From: Bacteroidales bacterium
GTDB lineage: Bacteria > Bacteroidota > Bacteroidia > Bacteroidales > WCHB1-69
Assembly: GCA_016285085.1 (NCBI GenBank)
Contig: JAEEQA010000002.1
Coordinates: 21,390 to 85,389, forward strand
DNA: 64,000 nt
Direction: 5' to 3'
The position numbers and the translations under genes were made by a program. Positions 27,883-38,815 of this stretch are shown here, piece after piece; position 1 is the first letter of the stretch; each line of letters opens with the position of its first letter. The notes beneath the pieces were generated by a model that searched no databases, was not told where the DNA came from, and was given only the letters and a program-made list of their open reading frames with translations.

Positions 27883-29757
27883 ATGGGCGATAAAGTTTAC
27901 GATGTTTTGGTGATCGGAGCGGGCCACGCGGGATGTGAAGCTGCGGTGGCTGCAGCGCGGATGGGCGCCCAGACGCTGCTTGTCACAATGAACCTTTATT
28001 TGGTGGCGCAGATGTCGTGCAATCCTGCCATCGGTGGAATTGCAAAGGGGCAGATTGTCCGTGAAATCGACGCGCTTGGCGGCATGACGGGTGTGGTCAC
28101 CGACCATACGATGATACAGTTCAGGATGCTCAACCGTTCCAAAGGACCGGCCATGTGGAGCCCGCGAGCGCAGTGTGATAAACAGGCGTTCTCGCTTTAT
28201 TGGAAGTCGGTTTTGGAAAACCAGACCAACCTTGAGCTCCGACAGGATGTGGTGGACAGTTTGATTATTGACGATAGTGTGGTGACGGGAGTGGTCACGG
28301 TGGCGGGAAAACGTCTCATGGCCCGTAAAGTGATTGTTACGGCCGGCACGTTTCTGAACGGACGTATCCACATCGGCGAGGTGAATTTCGCTGGAGGCCG
28401 GCTCGGTGAAATGGCCTCTTTCCATCTTTCCGACCAACTTTCCGCCGCCGGCATTTTGACGAAAAAGCTGAAAACCGGCACACCGGTCCGCATTGACGGT
28501 CGTTCGGTGGATTTTTCCAAAATGGAGGAGCAACCCGGAGATGAGGAGCCTGGCGCTTTTTCTTTCTCCACCCGTACGCGACTACAAAACCAGTTGCCGT
28601 GCTATATCACCTACACGGATGAGGCGGTTCATTCCATTCTCAGAAAAGGTTTCGCCAAATCACCGATGTTCCAGGGCCGTATTCAGGGGGTGGGTCCGCG
28701 CTATTGTCCGTCCATTGAGGATAAGATCGAGCGCTTTGCCGACCGAAACCGCCACCAGTTGTTTTTGGAACCGGAAGGAAGAAGCACCTATGAATATTAT
28801 TTGAACGGTTTTTCCTCCTCCCTTCCGGAAGAAATTCAGATAGAAGCTCTTCACCATCTTCCCGGTTTGGAAAATGCAGTGGTTTTGAAGCCTGGCTATG
28901 CCATTGAATACGATTATTTTGATCCGATGCAGCTTCATTTTACGCTGGAATCAAAAGTGATTGGAAACCTGTATCTTGCCGGACAAGTAAATGGCACAAC
29001 CGGCTATGAGGAGGCTGCGTGTCAGGGGCTGATGGCGGGTATAAATGCCGTGCTTTCGTTGCGGGGCGATTCCCCTCTGGTGCTCAGTCGCAGCGAAGCC
29101 TACATAGGTGTTCTTATCGACGATTTGATTACCAAGGGCGTACAAGATCCTTATAGAATGTTCACTTCCCGTGCGGAGTATCGGACCCTTCTTCGTCAGG
29201 ATAATGCCGATCACCGTCTTATGCCCATTGGCCATCGACTAAGTCTTGTAAACGACATGCAGTATCAAGCGATGCTTGAAAAGTACCGGATACAATCAGA
29301 AATCGTTGATTATTTGAAGGTTAATGCAGCTTCGCCGGTTGAGGTCAATCCTTATTTGGAATCGGTGTCCACTCCACCGATACAGCAAAAGGTGAAATAT
29401 GAGGTTTTGCTCCGTCGTCCAAATGTACAACTTGCTGATTTGATACGGGTTATACCGAACCTGATGGAGGATTTAAATAGGTTGGGGGCCACGCCGGAAA
29501 TCGTTGTCCAGGCCGACTCGGATATCAAATATGCTTCCTATATAGAGAAGGAGCGGGAGTTGGCAAAGCGGATGGTGAATTTGGAAAATGTGAAAATTCC
29601 GGTGGAGATGGAATATGATGATTTGAATTTTCTGTCAAAGGAGGCACGTGAGAAGCTGTCTCGTGTAAGGCCTTTGAATTTGGGGCAGGCCTCCCGGATA
29701 AGTGGGGTTAGCCCGTCTGACATCGCCGGTTTGATGGTTTTCCTTTCCCACCGTTAG
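27883..29757 (+). CDS. mnmG: tRNA uridine 5-carboxymethylaminomethyl modification enzyme MnmG
   Basis: 624 aa. [49 protein letters not shown]. Confidence 0.97.
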   Translation: MGDKVYDVLVIGAGHAGCEAAVAAARMGAQTLLVTMNLYLVAQMSCNPAIGGIAKGQIVREIDALGGMTGVVTDHTMIQFRMLNRSKGPAMWSPRAQCDKQAFSLYWKSVLENQTNLELRQDVVDSLIIDDSVVTGVVTVAGKRLMARKVIVTAGTFLNGRIHIGEVNFAGGRLGEMASFHLSDQLSAAGILTKKLKTGTPVRIDGRSVDFSKMEEQPGDEEPGAFSFSTRTRLQNQLPCYITYTDEAVHSILRKGFAKSPMFQGRIQGVGPRYCPSIEDKIERFADRNRHQLFLEPEGRSTYEYYLNGFSSSLPEEIQIEALHHLPGLENAVVLKPGYAIEYDYFDPMQLHFTLESKVIGNLYLAGQVNGTTGYEEAACQGLMAGINAVLSLRGDSPLVLSRSEAYIGVLIDDLITKGVQDPYRMFTSRAEYRTLLRQDNADHRLMPIGHRLSLVNDMQYQAMLEKYRIQSEIVDYLKVNAASPVEVNPYLESVSTPPIQQKVKYEVLLRRPNVQLADLIRVIPNLMEDLNRLGATPEIVVQADSDIKYASYIEKERELAKRMVNLENVKIPVEMEYDDLNFLSKEAREKLSRVRPLNLGQASRISGVSPSDIAGLMVFLSHR

Positions 29758-29900
29758 TATTTCTTTGAAAATCAGATAGCATTGAAAAAACGGCCGATTT
29801 TTTAGAGTGAAATCAGTCATTGATAGTTTGGCTTCATTTTTTTTAGAAGTATCAAATTATCGACCGTTTTGTTTAAAACATTGTATTATAGATACTTAAA

Positions 29901-30656
29901 TCATCCAAGCCGTTTCAGCATATCTTTGAGTCGTGCCGCAAAGATGCGGGAAACTTTAAAAGTTTGGTTTTTGATGTAGATGGTGTTTTTTTCATACTTG
30001 TCGATTCGGTTGTAGTTGACGACAATGGATTTGTTGATGCGTATGAAGTTTTCAGCGGGCAGGATGGCAAGAAATTGTTTCAGTGTTGAGTCGTGGTAGC
30101 ATACTTTGTTGTTTGTGCTTTCAATCCGCAGGCAGTTCCCTGTGTTCCGAATAAACAGGATGTCGTCGAATGTCACCTTGATGTTCATTTTCTTATATCG
30201 GACGAACGTGTGTCCTTTCATTTTGGGACGGCTTTTGGAGGCATAATATACAGGAAGGGCTTCATTTACTTGTGGTTCTTTTTTGGGCGACATGCAATTG
30301 TAAATGTATAATATCTTACTGATTTTTCGGCAGATATCTTCCATTTCAACGCTGCTTCCGATGAAGTCGAATACGCCTAAATCCAGGAATGACTGTAGGT
30401 TGTTCTTTTTGTCGGTTATACCGATGATGAAGGGTGGTCTTTGAACCAATTTGATGATTTCGGCGAATTTTGTTTCTTTGTTGTCAAGGTTGATAAAGAG
30501 AAGGTCGGTTTGAGTCCTGTTTAGTTTTTCTATCAGTCGTGCGCTAGTTTTGATGATTTCGGTTATTTCGATGGAGTCAAATGCATGGATACGCTGAATC
30601 AGTTTTTCTTCGATGGAGTTGTCCATCATAAATGTTACACAGGATATAGCTTTCAT
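29901..30656 (-). CDS. LytTR-family DNA-binding regulator with receiver-like N-terminal domain
   Basis: Start at MKAISCV (ATG 30656). The C-terminal LytTR domain reads VTFDDILFIRNTGNCLRIESTNNKVCYHDSTLKQFLAILPAENFIRINKSIVVNYNRI. Confidence 0.75.
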   Translation of the reverse strand: MKAISCVTFMMDNSIEEKLIQRIHAFDSIEITEIIKTSARLIEKLNRTQTDLLFINLDNKETKFAEIIKLVQRPPFIIGITDKKNNLQSFLDLGVFDFIGSSVEMEDICRKISKILYIYNCMSPKKEPQVNEALPVYYASKSRPKMKGHTFVRYKKMNIKVTFDDILFIRNTGNCLRIESTNNKVCYHDSTLKQFLAILPAENFIRINKSIVVNYNRIDKYEKNTIYIKNQTFKVSRIFAARLKDMLKRLG

Positions 30657-30749
30657 AGTTAAATGGTTTAATATTAATAATGATGTTAACAAAAGTAGTC
30701 CTTGTTTGCATACCAAAATGCCCTCTATGAAAAAATATGACGAAAACTA

Positions 30750-30767
30750 ATTTTTTCACGTGAAAAC
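30750..30767. promoter_or_regulatory. 18-nt motif ATTTTTTCACGTGAAAAC (copy 2)
   Basis: Lies in the divergent intergenic region between the LytTR regulator (start 30656) and comEC (start 30924). Confidence 0.4.
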
Positions 30768-30896
30768 AGCAAAAAAACGATTGTTTGCAGCAAAAGTGTC
30801 AATTATTTCCTTTTTTTTGTAAAAAGTAGCATTTTATCAGAAAGATAGGACCAATTTTTAATTTTCTGCTTTCTTTGTTGTTTTTAAAATTATATG

Positions 30897-30904
30897 TAAC
30901 TTTG
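30897..30904 (+). promoter_or_regulatory. -7 box TAACTTTG (comEC)
   Basis: 20 nt before ATG 30924. Confidence 0.5.
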
Positions 30905-30923
30905 ATAAAATAGAATTAAGGTT

Positions 30924-33011
30924 ATGAATTTCGCAAAGTATCCCCTTCTCAGGGGTCTCGTCCCCTATATTTCTGGTATTTTATTGGCCAAATATTTTCC
31001 TTTTTATTCATTCAATTTATTGATTGTATTGATTTTATCCTCTACTTTTGTCCTAGTCGTATGGAGCACTCTTTGCAAATTTTTTCATTCTTTGCAAGGC
31101 ATTGGTAAATTTGTGTTTTTTGTTCTATTTTTACTTTCAGGGTTTGCAATGACAAACATAAAAAATTTTTCCGCTTCCTTTTTTCTTTGTCAGGAACAAG
31201 TCTGTTTTTCCGGAAAACAGGTAGTGCAGATTTTGGAAAATCCTTGCAAAAAAGGAAAAAGTGTCCGTATAATTGCAAAAATTAAAAATTCGGCCGATGG
31301 CAGTATTGCACCCAAAGTCATGCTTTATTTAAAGAGGGATTCCGCTTCCTTGTCCCTTTCGCGTGGAGATTTATTGCTGATTGATGCAGACCTTCGTCCC
31401 CCGGCGGCTCCGAAGAACCCCGATGCCTTTGATTACAAAGCCTACCTTTCCCGGCACGGGGTCGTTCTCACCGGGTATCTCGGCTCCCATTCGTGGATCC
31501 TATTGGAACACCGGAGTCCGCATACCCTTTCTTCATTCGCCTCCTCCGTGCAGTCGCGGTTTTCCAGCTTCTTTGCCGCCAACGGACTGTCCGGACCGGA
31601 GTATTCGGTTATTACCGCCATCCTGCTTGGGAACGATGACACAATGGATCCCGACCTGAAGGCGAACTATGCGGCTGCCGGTGTCAGCCATATCCTCTGT
31701 GTTTCAGGGATGCATGTTGGCATTATCTATATGATACTCAATTTTTTGCTTAAACCTTTGGACTACTCCCGCCGGCTTCGATTCCTGAAATCGCTTTTGC
31801 TGATTTTGGCCGTGTGGTTCTATGCCGCCGTCACCGGCCTCGCCCCGTCGGTGCAGCGTTCCGCCACCATGTTCACGTTCGTGACCTTCGGCGGACTGCT
31901 GCGTCGAAATGTCGATATCTTCCACAGCCTCTTCGCCTCAATGTTTCTCCTTCTTTTGATTAACCCATTGTTAATCTTTGAGATAGGATTTCAGATGAGC
32001 TATCTCGCCGTTTTCGGGATCGTCGTCTTCCAACCCCGTCTGTCCGCGCTGTATGTTGCGAAAACCCGCGTGGGAAACTACTTTTGGGAACTCATTTGTG
32101 TTTCCGTGGCGGCGCAGCTGGCCACCTTCCCGCTCTCTGTCCACTATTTCGGACAGTTCCCGAACTATTTTCTCCTCTCCAATCTTTCGGTGATGTCGCT
32201 CTCCTTTGTCGTGATCGTCACCGGGGTGACACTCCTCGTCCTGTCGTGGTGGCCGACGGTCGCCGGAGCGGTCGGCTGGCTCCTCACCAAGGAGATCCAA
32301 CTGATGAACGGCATCATTGGCTTTATCCGGGGACTGCCCTGTTCTGTTACTGACCAGATCTATTTCACTTTTCCGCAAACTCTGCTGATTTATGGCATCA
32401 TTGTCTTCTTTTTCATTTATCTTGTTAAAAAGATTAAATTGTTGAAATTCTGTTCTTTGTCATTGACTATAATCCTTTTGTTTACGTTTACCCTTCGCCT
32501 TTTAAACCGGCAGGATCAGGCGGAAATCACCTTTTATTCCATTGACAGGAAAACCGTGGTCGGCGTCAATCAAGGGAGATGCGGCATGCTGCTTTTGGAT
32601 TCGGCCGCGCTCGCCTCCACCGATTGGTATGACTTCAACGTGAAAAACCACGAATGTCGCTTGGGAATCCAGAGCCAAATGGTAAGTTTGGACAGCACTA
32701 TTTCGGAAGGATATTTTGCAATGCATCATAACTTTCTCATTTTTAATGATAAAACCTTCTACTTTCTTTCCAAGCGTACTCATTTCCATCCCCATTCGCC
32801 ACCCCTGCCCGTTGATTACCTGTTTGTGGAGGACAATAGCAAGATTCCCTTTCAAAAAATTTTGAAAACATTTGATATAAAACATGTTATCATCGGGAAT
32901 GGCGTTTCTGGCTATTACGAAAAACGGTGGTGTGATTCCTGTGCGGCGCACCATATTCCCGTCCATTCCCTGCGCGAAAACGGTTATTTGACATTAAAGA
33001 CTGACATATAA
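30924..33011 (+). CDS. comEC: ComEC/Rec2-family DNA internalization protein
   Basis: 695 aa, polytopic. AAAGVSHILCVSGMHVGIIY and the competence-domain layout. Confidence 0.85.
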   Translation: MNFAKYPLLRGLVPYISGILLAKYFPFYSFNLLIVLILSSTFVLVVWSTLCKFFHSLQGIGKFVFFVLFLLSGFAMTNIKNFSASFFLCQEQVCFSGKQVVQILENPCKKGKSVRIIAKIKNSADGSIAPKVMLYLKRDSASLSLSRGDLLLIDADLRPPAAPKNPDAFDYKAYLSRHGVVLTGYLGSHSWILLEHRSPHTLSSFASSVQSRFSSFFAANGLSGPEYSVITAILLGNDDTMDPDLKANYAAAGVSHILCVSGMHVGIIYMILNFLLKPLDYSRRLRFLKSLLLILAVWFYAAVTGLAPSVQRSATMFTFVTFGGLLRRNVDIFHSLFASMFLLLLINPLLIFEIGFQMSYLAVFGIVVFQPRLSALYVAKTRVGNYFWELICVSVAAQLATFPLSVHYFGQFPNYFLLSNLSVMSLSFVVIVTGVTLLVLSWWPTVAGAVGWLLTKEIQLMNGIIGFIRGLPCSVTDQIYFTFPQTLLIYGIIVFFFIYLVKKIKLLKFCSLSLTIILLFTFTLRLLNRQDQAEITFYSIDRKTVVGVNQGRCGMLLLDSAALASTDWYDFNVKNHECRLGIQSQMVSLDSTISEGYFAMHHNFLIFNDKTFYFLSKRTHFHPHSPPLPVDYLFVEDNSKIPFQKILKTFDIKHVIIGNGVSGYYEKRWCDSCAAHHIPVHSLRENGYLTLKTDI

Positions 33012-33021
33012 AAAAAAAGAG

Positions 33022-33029
33022 TATCTTTG
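33022..33029 (+). promoter_or_regulatory. -7 box TATCTTTG (bamD-to-thyA co-directional cluster)
   Basis: 17 nt before ATG 33046. Confidence 0.5.
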
Positions 33030-33045
33030 CAAGTTGAAAAAGTTT

Positions 33046-34041
33046 ATGCAGTTGTATTGTAAAATACTGGTAATTAGCATTTTATCTGTTGTTTTCATGT
33101 TGAAAACGACGGAATGTGCTGTGCTTGTTTCCGAAAATCAGGCACCCGAGCAGTGTGCCGCATCCCTTGAGTCTTCCAAAGCGTGTCAAACGGATGCGAA
33201 TGCTTCTGTATTAGATATTTCCAGAAAAAAACCGAAAGGTGAAAAACCTGCGGCCGGAAAGGGTGGCAAAAAAGTGACCTTTGAAACGTTTGAAGAGAAC
33301 CTTCACAAGGCGCAGGATTACTACAACCGGCAGCTGTACATCAGTGCCGCTAAACTTTTCGAGGAGCTTTACCCGCTTTCAATGGGCACGCCTTACGCCG
33401 ACACGATTCTTTTCCTGTTTGCGGACTGCTATTACCAGAACCGCGACTATGAGATGGCGGCTTTCCATTACAAGGAGTATGCGAACCGCTATTCCTCCAG
33501 TCCGCGAGCGGAAGAAGCTCATTATAATGCAATTAGGGCAATTTCAAAACTTTCTCCCGAATACAGCCTGGATCAGACAGAAACCTACTATGCGATTGAA
33601 GAGATCAACCTTTTCATCCGCAATTACCCCAACAGTCCCTATATGGCGGAGTGCAATGCACTGTTGGACCGCATGCGGGAGAAGCTGGCGCTGAAATCGT
33701 TTGAGATCCTGAAACTGTACTACAACACAGAGAATTACAAGGCTGCGCAGATTGCGGCCAAAAATTTCCTGAAAGAATTTTCCTACTCGACCTATGCGGA
33801 TGACGCCTACTTGATTTTAGTCAAGAACAACTACGATTTTGCTTCCAAAAGTGTGGAAAGCAAGAAGTTGGAACGTTATACCGCTTGTGTGGACGCATAT
33901 AACAGCATGAAAGCAAGTTATCCCTACTCGCTTCATTTGGGCGAGGCAAAAAAAGTCGCAGATGATGCTTCAGTGAAAATCCAGAAAATCAACCATAAAA
34001 TAGATTCCAAAACATCAAAAAGAAGAAATAATGAAGACTGA
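33046..34041 (+). CDS. bamD: outer membrane protein assembly factor BamD (TPR lipoprotein)
   Basis: TPR-rich (LFADCYYQNRDYEMAAFHYKEYANRYSSSPRAEEAHYNAIRA). ATG 33046 fits the -7 box at 33022 better than the TTG at 33034. Confidence 0.75.
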   Translation: MQLYCKILVISILSVVFMLKTTECAVLVSENQAPEQCAASLESSKACQTDANASVLDISRKKPKGEKPAAGKGGKKVTFETFEENLHKAQDYYNRQLYISAAKLFEELYPLSMGTPYADTILFLFADCYYQNRDYEMAAFHYKEYANRYSSSPRAEEAHYNAIRAISKLSPEYSLDQTETYYAIEEINLFIRNYPNSPYMAECNALLDRMREKLALKSFEILKLYYNTENYKAAQIAAKNFLKEFSYSTYADDAYLILVKNNYDFASKSVESKKLERYTACVDAYNSMKASYPYSLHLGEAKKVADDASVKIQKINHKIDSKTSKRRNNED

Positions 34042-34372
34042 TTTCAAAAAAAGCAACGCAGAGACGATGGCAATCACAAGAAACGTCCGTGATTTTGACA
34101 AAGACACCGACAACATTTACGAGTCCGTGGTCATCATGTCAAAGAGAGCCAACCAGATTTCCCTTGAAATCAAGGAGCAGATGCAGGAGGAGATGCAGGA
34201 GTTTACGCCGGCACAGGACACCCTCGACGAGGTTTACGAAAACCGCGATATGATTGAGCTGGCGAAGTCATACGAAAGACTCCCCAAGCCGGCTTCCATG
34301 GCCATTGAGGAGTTCTTGGAGAAGAAGATTTATTTCAAGGAATCTCCTGACGCAGAGGCGCAAAATGTGTAA
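34031..34372 (+). CDS. rpoZ: DNA-directed RNA polymerase omega subunit-like protein
   Basis: 113 aa. NIYESVVIMSKRANQIS motif. Sits in the conserved bamD-rpoZ-coaBC position. Confidence 0.55.
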   Translation: MKTDFKKSNAETMAITRNVRDFDKDTDNIYESVVIMSKRANQISLEIKEQMQEEMQEFTPAQDTLDEVYENRDMIELAKSYERLPKPASMAIEEFLEKKIYFKESPDAEAQNV

Positions 34373-35579
34373 GGATTTGCACATAGTCATTGGAATTACG
34401 GGAGGGATAGCGGCGTATAAGTCACTATCTCTCATTCGTTTATTCAAGAAGGCGGGCGCCGAAGTGAGGGTCGTGGCCACGCCCCACGCTTTGGAATTCG
34501 TCACTCCGCTCACCCTGCAGACTTTGTCGCAGAACAGTGTCTATACAGACCTTTTCGCCACGACGGAAAAGGTTGATGTAGAGCATATTTCACTGGCAGA
34601 ATGGGCCGATGCCGTCGTGGTGGCCCCCGCCACGGCCAACCTCATCGGGAAGTACGCCAACGGGATTGCCGACGACGCGCTTTCGACAATGCTGCTGGCT
34701 TGCGCCTGCCCCGTTTTCATGGCCCCCGCCATGAACAAGAATATGCTGGCCCATCCCGCCGTGCAGGAAAATCTCCAGACCTTGCAGAAACGCGGCGTGC
34801 TCCTCATCGGACCCGACGCCGGTTTCCTCGCTTGCGGCACGACAGGGGAGGGGAGGATGAAAGAGCCCGAAGAGATTTTCTCCACCGTCCAGGAATTTTT
34901 CGCCAAAAACCTGACATTGAACGGGAAACGCGCACTCGTTACCGCTGGTCCGACCTACGAGCCGATCGATCCGGTCCGTTTCATCGGAAACCACTCTTCC
35001 GGCTTGATGGGCTTTGCCTTGGCCGAAACGCTTGCCCGCCGCGGCGCGCAGGTCACTTTGGTGACAGGTCCAACCCACCTGAAGTCGCAAAATCCTTTGA
35101 TTGAGCGTGTTGACGTTAAGACGGCTGCCCAAATGCTGGAGGCGTGCCAACGTGTGGCGCCCACCGCCGACATCATCATCATGTCTGCGGCCGTGGCTGA
35201 CTATACACCCGAAACCGTCGCTCCGGAAAAGATCAAGAAGAATGACGCAAGCCTGGTGCTGAATCTGAAAAAAACGACGGACATTTTAGCTACATTGGGA
35301 AGGCAAAAAACTGAAAATCAATGTATTGTTGGTTTTGCCCTTGAAACGGAACACGAGGAAGCCAATGCGCTGGCCAAACTGAAAAATAAAAATGCCGACC
35401 TCATCGTTTTAAATTCGCTGCGGAATGAAGGCGCCGGTTTCCAGTGTTCGACCAACCGCGTCACCATTCTGGACCGGAACGGGAACAAAGTGGAGGGCGA
35501 TTTGAAAGACAAAACACAAGTGGCGGAAGATATTGTGACGTATGTTATTGATTATATGAACAATAAAAAATCCTTATAG
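34365..35579 (+). CDS. coaBC: bifunctional phosphopantothenoylcysteine decarboxylase / phosphopantothenate-cysteine ligase
   Basis: Start at MCKDLHIVIGITGGIAAYK (ATG 34365, 8-nt overlap with rpoZ). APAMNKNM, TAGPTYEPIDPVRFIGNHSSG. Confidence 0.93.
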   Translation: MCKDLHIVIGITGGIAAYKSLSLIRLFKKAGAEVRVVATPHALEFVTPLTLQTLSQNSVYTDLFATTEKVDVEHISLAEWADAVVVAPATANLIGKYANGIADDALSTMLLACACPVFMAPAMNKNMLAHPAVQENLQTLQKRGVLLIGPDAGFLACGTTGEGRMKEPEEIFSTVQEFFAKNLTLNGKRALVTAGPTYEPIDPVRFIGNHSSGLMGFALAETLARRGAQVTLVTGPTHLKSQNPLIERVDVKTAAQMLEACQRVAPTADIIIMSAAVADYTPETVAPEKIKKNDASLVLNLKKTTDILATLGRQKTENQCIVGFALETEHEEANALAKLKNKNADLIVLNSLRNEGAGFQCSTNRVTILDRNGNKVEGDLKDKTQVAEDIVTYVIDYMNNKKSL

Positions 35580-36488
35580 ATGATGATTATGAAAAAAATT
35601 AGCCTTTTCTTGTTTCTGATCGTCCTCTCGTTTGGGATAATGGCGCAGGATTTTCAGTGCCAGATGTCGGTGAACGCCACCCAGATTGCCGGTTCTAACC
35701 GTAACAGATTCAACACGTTGCAGCAGGATTTGCATAAATTCATCAATGATCGCAAATGGTGCCAATACACGTTCAAGACCAACGAACGTATTGAGTGCGC
35801 CATCATGATCAATGTTACCTCGATGGCCGGCGACACCTACGAAGCGACATTGACCATCCAGCTGCAGCGGCCGATATACGGCACGAACTACAAGTCGCCG
35901 GTGCTCAACTTTCAGGACAAGAACGTGAAGTTTGAATACGAGGAGGGCACTCCGCTTGAATATGCGGAAAACAGCAATCTTTCGCAGCTCACCTCGTTGA
36001 TTGCCTACTATCTGAATGTGTTCCTTGCGCTTGATTTCGACACCTTCTCCCTGAACGGCGGTTCGCCCTATTATGATAAGGCTCAGGCCGTTGTGAACGC
36101 CTGCCAGAATGCGACCGAACCGGGTTGGAAGTCGTACGAAACGGGTCAGCGCAACCGTTACTGGATGATTGAAAACCTGACGAACCCCACCTACGGAAAA
36201 ATCCATGACTTTTTGTATAAATATCACCGTTTGGGTTTGGATATGATGCAGGAATCAACGGATGTGGGACGTGCTTCCGTTTTGGAGGCCATCCGCGATT
36301 TGCAGAAAGTAAATTCCCAGAAATCAAACATTTACATTGTCCAAATCATGGTTCAGGCAAAGGCAGATGAAATCGTGAACATCTTCAAAGAAGCCACTCC
36401 GTCGGAAAAAACCGAAGTCGTCCGCCTGATGAAACAACTTGATCCCTCGAACGGCTCCAAATACGATGCCATCAACAAGACGAACTAA
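35580..36488 (+). CDS. DUF4835-family secreted protein
   Basis: 302 aa with a signal peptide. Family-typical sequence (NRFNTLQQDLHKFINDRKW...ERIEC) and the conserved coaBC-DUF4835-recN position. Confidence 0.65.
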   Translation: MMIMKKISLFLFLIVLSFGIMAQDFQCQMSVNATQIAGSNRNRFNTLQQDLHKFINDRKWCQYTFKTNERIECAIMINVTSMAGDTYEATLTIQLQRPIYGTNYKSPVLNFQDKNVKFEYEEGTPLEYAENSNLSQLTSLIAYYLNVFLALDFDTFSLNGGSPYYDKAQAVVNACQNATEPGWKSYETGQRNRYWMIENLTNPTYGKIHDFLYKYHRLGLDMMQESTDVGRASVLEAIRDLQKVNSQKSNIYIVQIMVQAKADEIVNIFKEATPSEKTEVVRLMKQLDPSNGSKYDAINKTN

Positions 36489-36493
36489 CGTGT

Positions 36494-38149
36494 ATGCTCC
36501 GCTCGCTTCACATTGAGAATTACGCACTTATCCGTTCTTTGCAAATCCAGTTTGACAAGGGGCTGACGGTAATTACAGGTGAAACGGGCGCCGGAAAGTC
36601 CATCCTAATGGGTGCGTTGTCGCTGATTCTGGGCAATCGCGCCGATTTGAACGTGCTTTTCGACAATACGAAAAAGTGTTCGGTGGAGGCGGTTTTCGAT
36701 GTGGCGGGTCTGGACCTTGCCGCTTTTTTTGAACAAAACGACCTTGATTATCAAGATAATACTATCATCCGTCGGGAGATTACCGAAAGTGGGAAGTCGC
36801 GGGCGTTCATCAACGACACGCCGGTGAACCTCACGGTTTTGAAGGAGCTCGCCTCGCGCCTGATCGATATCCATTCGCAGCACCAGAACCTGCTGTTCCA
36901 GAATGAAGATTTCCGGATGGAGGTGATTGACGAGTTCGCCCAAATTCGTCCGGAAGTTCTTGTGTATCGTTCTGTTTTTAAGGAGTTTAAACAGAATGAA
37001 ACGGAATTGGCCCAGTTACGGGAAAAACAGCAGAACCGGCTGGAGAAGAGGGACTTTCTGCAATTTGTTTACGACGAGCTTTCCAAAGCAAACTTGCAGG
37101 CGGACGAACAGGAGCAGTTGGAGCAGGAAATCGACTTTCTTTCCCATGCGGAAACCATTAAGGAGCATTGCTTCCAGATTTCGCAGCTTCTTTCCGAAAG
37201 CGAAGCGAGCGTGCTGAACCAGCTGCACGATGTGCGTTCCCTTTCCTCGCAAATATCTTCCTACCATTCTGATATTAAGACTATTAATGAACGGTTGGAG
37301 AGTTCTTTTATTGAACTGAAGGATCTATCCAATGAGATTGTGTCGCTGAACGACAAGGTGGAGTATGACCCGGAATTGCTGGAAAGCAAACGGCAACGTC
37401 TTGATTTGCTGAACAGTCTGCAACAGAAACACCATGTCTCCTCTATTGAGGCGTTGATTGAAAAACGGGATGCGATACAGAAAGAGTTGTCGGATTTTTC
37501 CGATGACGAACAAGCCATTGCGCAGTTGAAAGGCCGGTGCGAGCAGCTGAAGGCCGAAGCTATGGAACGTGCGGCGGCTCTTTCCGAAAAACGTGTGTCG
37601 GTTCTTCAGACGTTACAGGATAAAATTTTGGAAAAAGCCCATCAGTTGGGAATGCCTGATGCTCAATTTGTTATCAAAATTTTGCAAAGTAATACTTTGC
37701 AAAAAAACGGTATAGACAGTGTGCAGTACCTGTTTTCGGCCAATAGGGGAGTGGCGATGGCGGAATTGGAAAAGGTGGTGTCGGGCGGCGAGATGTCGCG
37801 CCTGATGCTGGCGGTGAAGTCGGTGATTTCCGACCGCTCCGTTCTGCCGACGGTGGTCTTTGACGAGATTGACACGGGCATTTCGGGCGAGATGGCCGGC
37901 AAGGTGGCGAAGCTGATGAAGGAGATGGCGAGCGCCCGCCAGCTGCTGGTGATTACCCATCTTCCGCAGATTGCGGCCAAGGGAACAACTCACTATCAGG
38001 TGTTTAAGCAGGTGGTAGGGGAGAAGAGCCACACGCAGGTTCGGAAATTGGAACCGGCGGGGCGGATTGAGGAAATTGCAAAAATGATGAGCGGTGATGC
38101 GTGCGGCGAAGCTGCACTCCAAGCCGCGAAAGAACTTATAGAACAATAA
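36494..38149 (+). CDS. recN: DNA repair protein RecN
   Basis: 551 aa. MLRSLHIENYALI, GETGAGKSILMGAL, C-terminal SGGEMSRLMLA and VFDEIDTGISG. Confidence 0.95.
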   Translation: MLRSLHIENYALIRSLQIQFDKGLTVITGETGAGKSILMGALSLILGNRADLNVLFDNTKKCSVEAVFDVAGLDLAAFFEQNDLDYQDNTIIRREITESGKSRAFINDTPVNLTVLKELASRLIDIHSQHQNLLFQNEDFRMEVIDEFAQIRPEVLVYRSVFKEFKQNETELAQLREKQQNRLEKRDFLQFVYDELSKANLQADEQEQLEQEIDFLSHAETIKEHCFQISQLLSESEASVLNQLHDVRSLSSQISSYHSDIKTINERLESSFIELKDLSNEIVSLNDKVEYDPELLESKRQRLDLLNSLQQKHHVSSIEALIEKRDAIQKELSDFSDDEQAIAQLKGRCEQLKAEAMERAAALSEKRVSVLQTLQDKILEKAHQLGMPDAQFVIKILQSNTLQKNGIDSVQYLFSANRGVAMAELEKVVSGGEMSRLMLAVKSVISDRSVLPTVVFDEIDTGISGEMAGKVAKLMKEMASARQLLVITHLPQIAAKGTTHYQVFKQVVGEKSHTQVRKLEPAGRIEEIAKMMSGDACGEAALQAAKELIEQ

Positions 38150-38152
38150 GAT

Positions 38153-38794
38153 ATGAAAAAGATTGCAGGAATTTTGGCGTTTGTTTGTCTGGTTTTGACT
38201 TCTACGGCTCTTTTTGGCCAAAACATGCAGAACACGAAGCACTATCGTTCCCATTTTGTCTATATGACCACCGGCGGCTTTAATTCCGGCGTAGGGACTC
38301 TGCATTACGGAAACAGCAAGATGCAGAATAAGATCCCGATGTTTAGTGTAAACCAAATGATTGGTTATCAGTTTAATCCGTATGTTTCTTTGGGAGTTGA
38401 GCTGGGTTTGGACGTGTGGAAACACACCGCTTTCATTCCGGTCGCGGCCAACCTGACGGTTGAATTTATGGATCGTGTGGCCACTCCGCTCTGGTATATG
38501 AATGCCGGTTACGCTTTCAAATGGTATGTTTCTTCGAAGCCCGAAAAGATGACCCATGTCATCCATGGCGCGAAGCCGGGGCTGCACCTTAATACGGGCA
38601 TTGGCGCTAAAGTTCAGATTAAGGAGAAGTTGCACCTGTTTATTGCTGCCGATTACAAAGTGCAGCACACCACTCTCCAGTATTCGGTCGTCAATCCCGG
38701 CGATTTGTATGACTATTCTTCCATTACCACCAACCGTACCGATAAGAAATTTTACCATTTCATCGGGTTGAGAATAGGTTTTATGTATTGGTAA
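38153..38794 (+). CDS. outer-membrane beta-barrel protein, hypothetical
   Basis: 213 aa. Signal peptide, alternating amphipathic strands, C-terminal LRIGFMYW. Confidence 0.5.
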   Translation: MKKIAGILAFVCLVLTSTALFGQNMQNTKHYRSHFVYMTTGGFNSGVGTLHYGNSKMQNKIPMFSVNQMIGYQFNPYVSLGVELGLDVWKHTAFIPVAANLTVEFMDRVATPLWYMNAGYAFKWYVSSKPEKMTHVIHGAKPGLHLNTGIGAKVQIKEKLHLFIAADYKVQHTTLQYSVVNPGDLYDYSSITTNRTDKKFYHFIGLRIGFMYW

Positions 38795-38815
38795 GTTCTT
38801 AAAAAATAAAAGATT

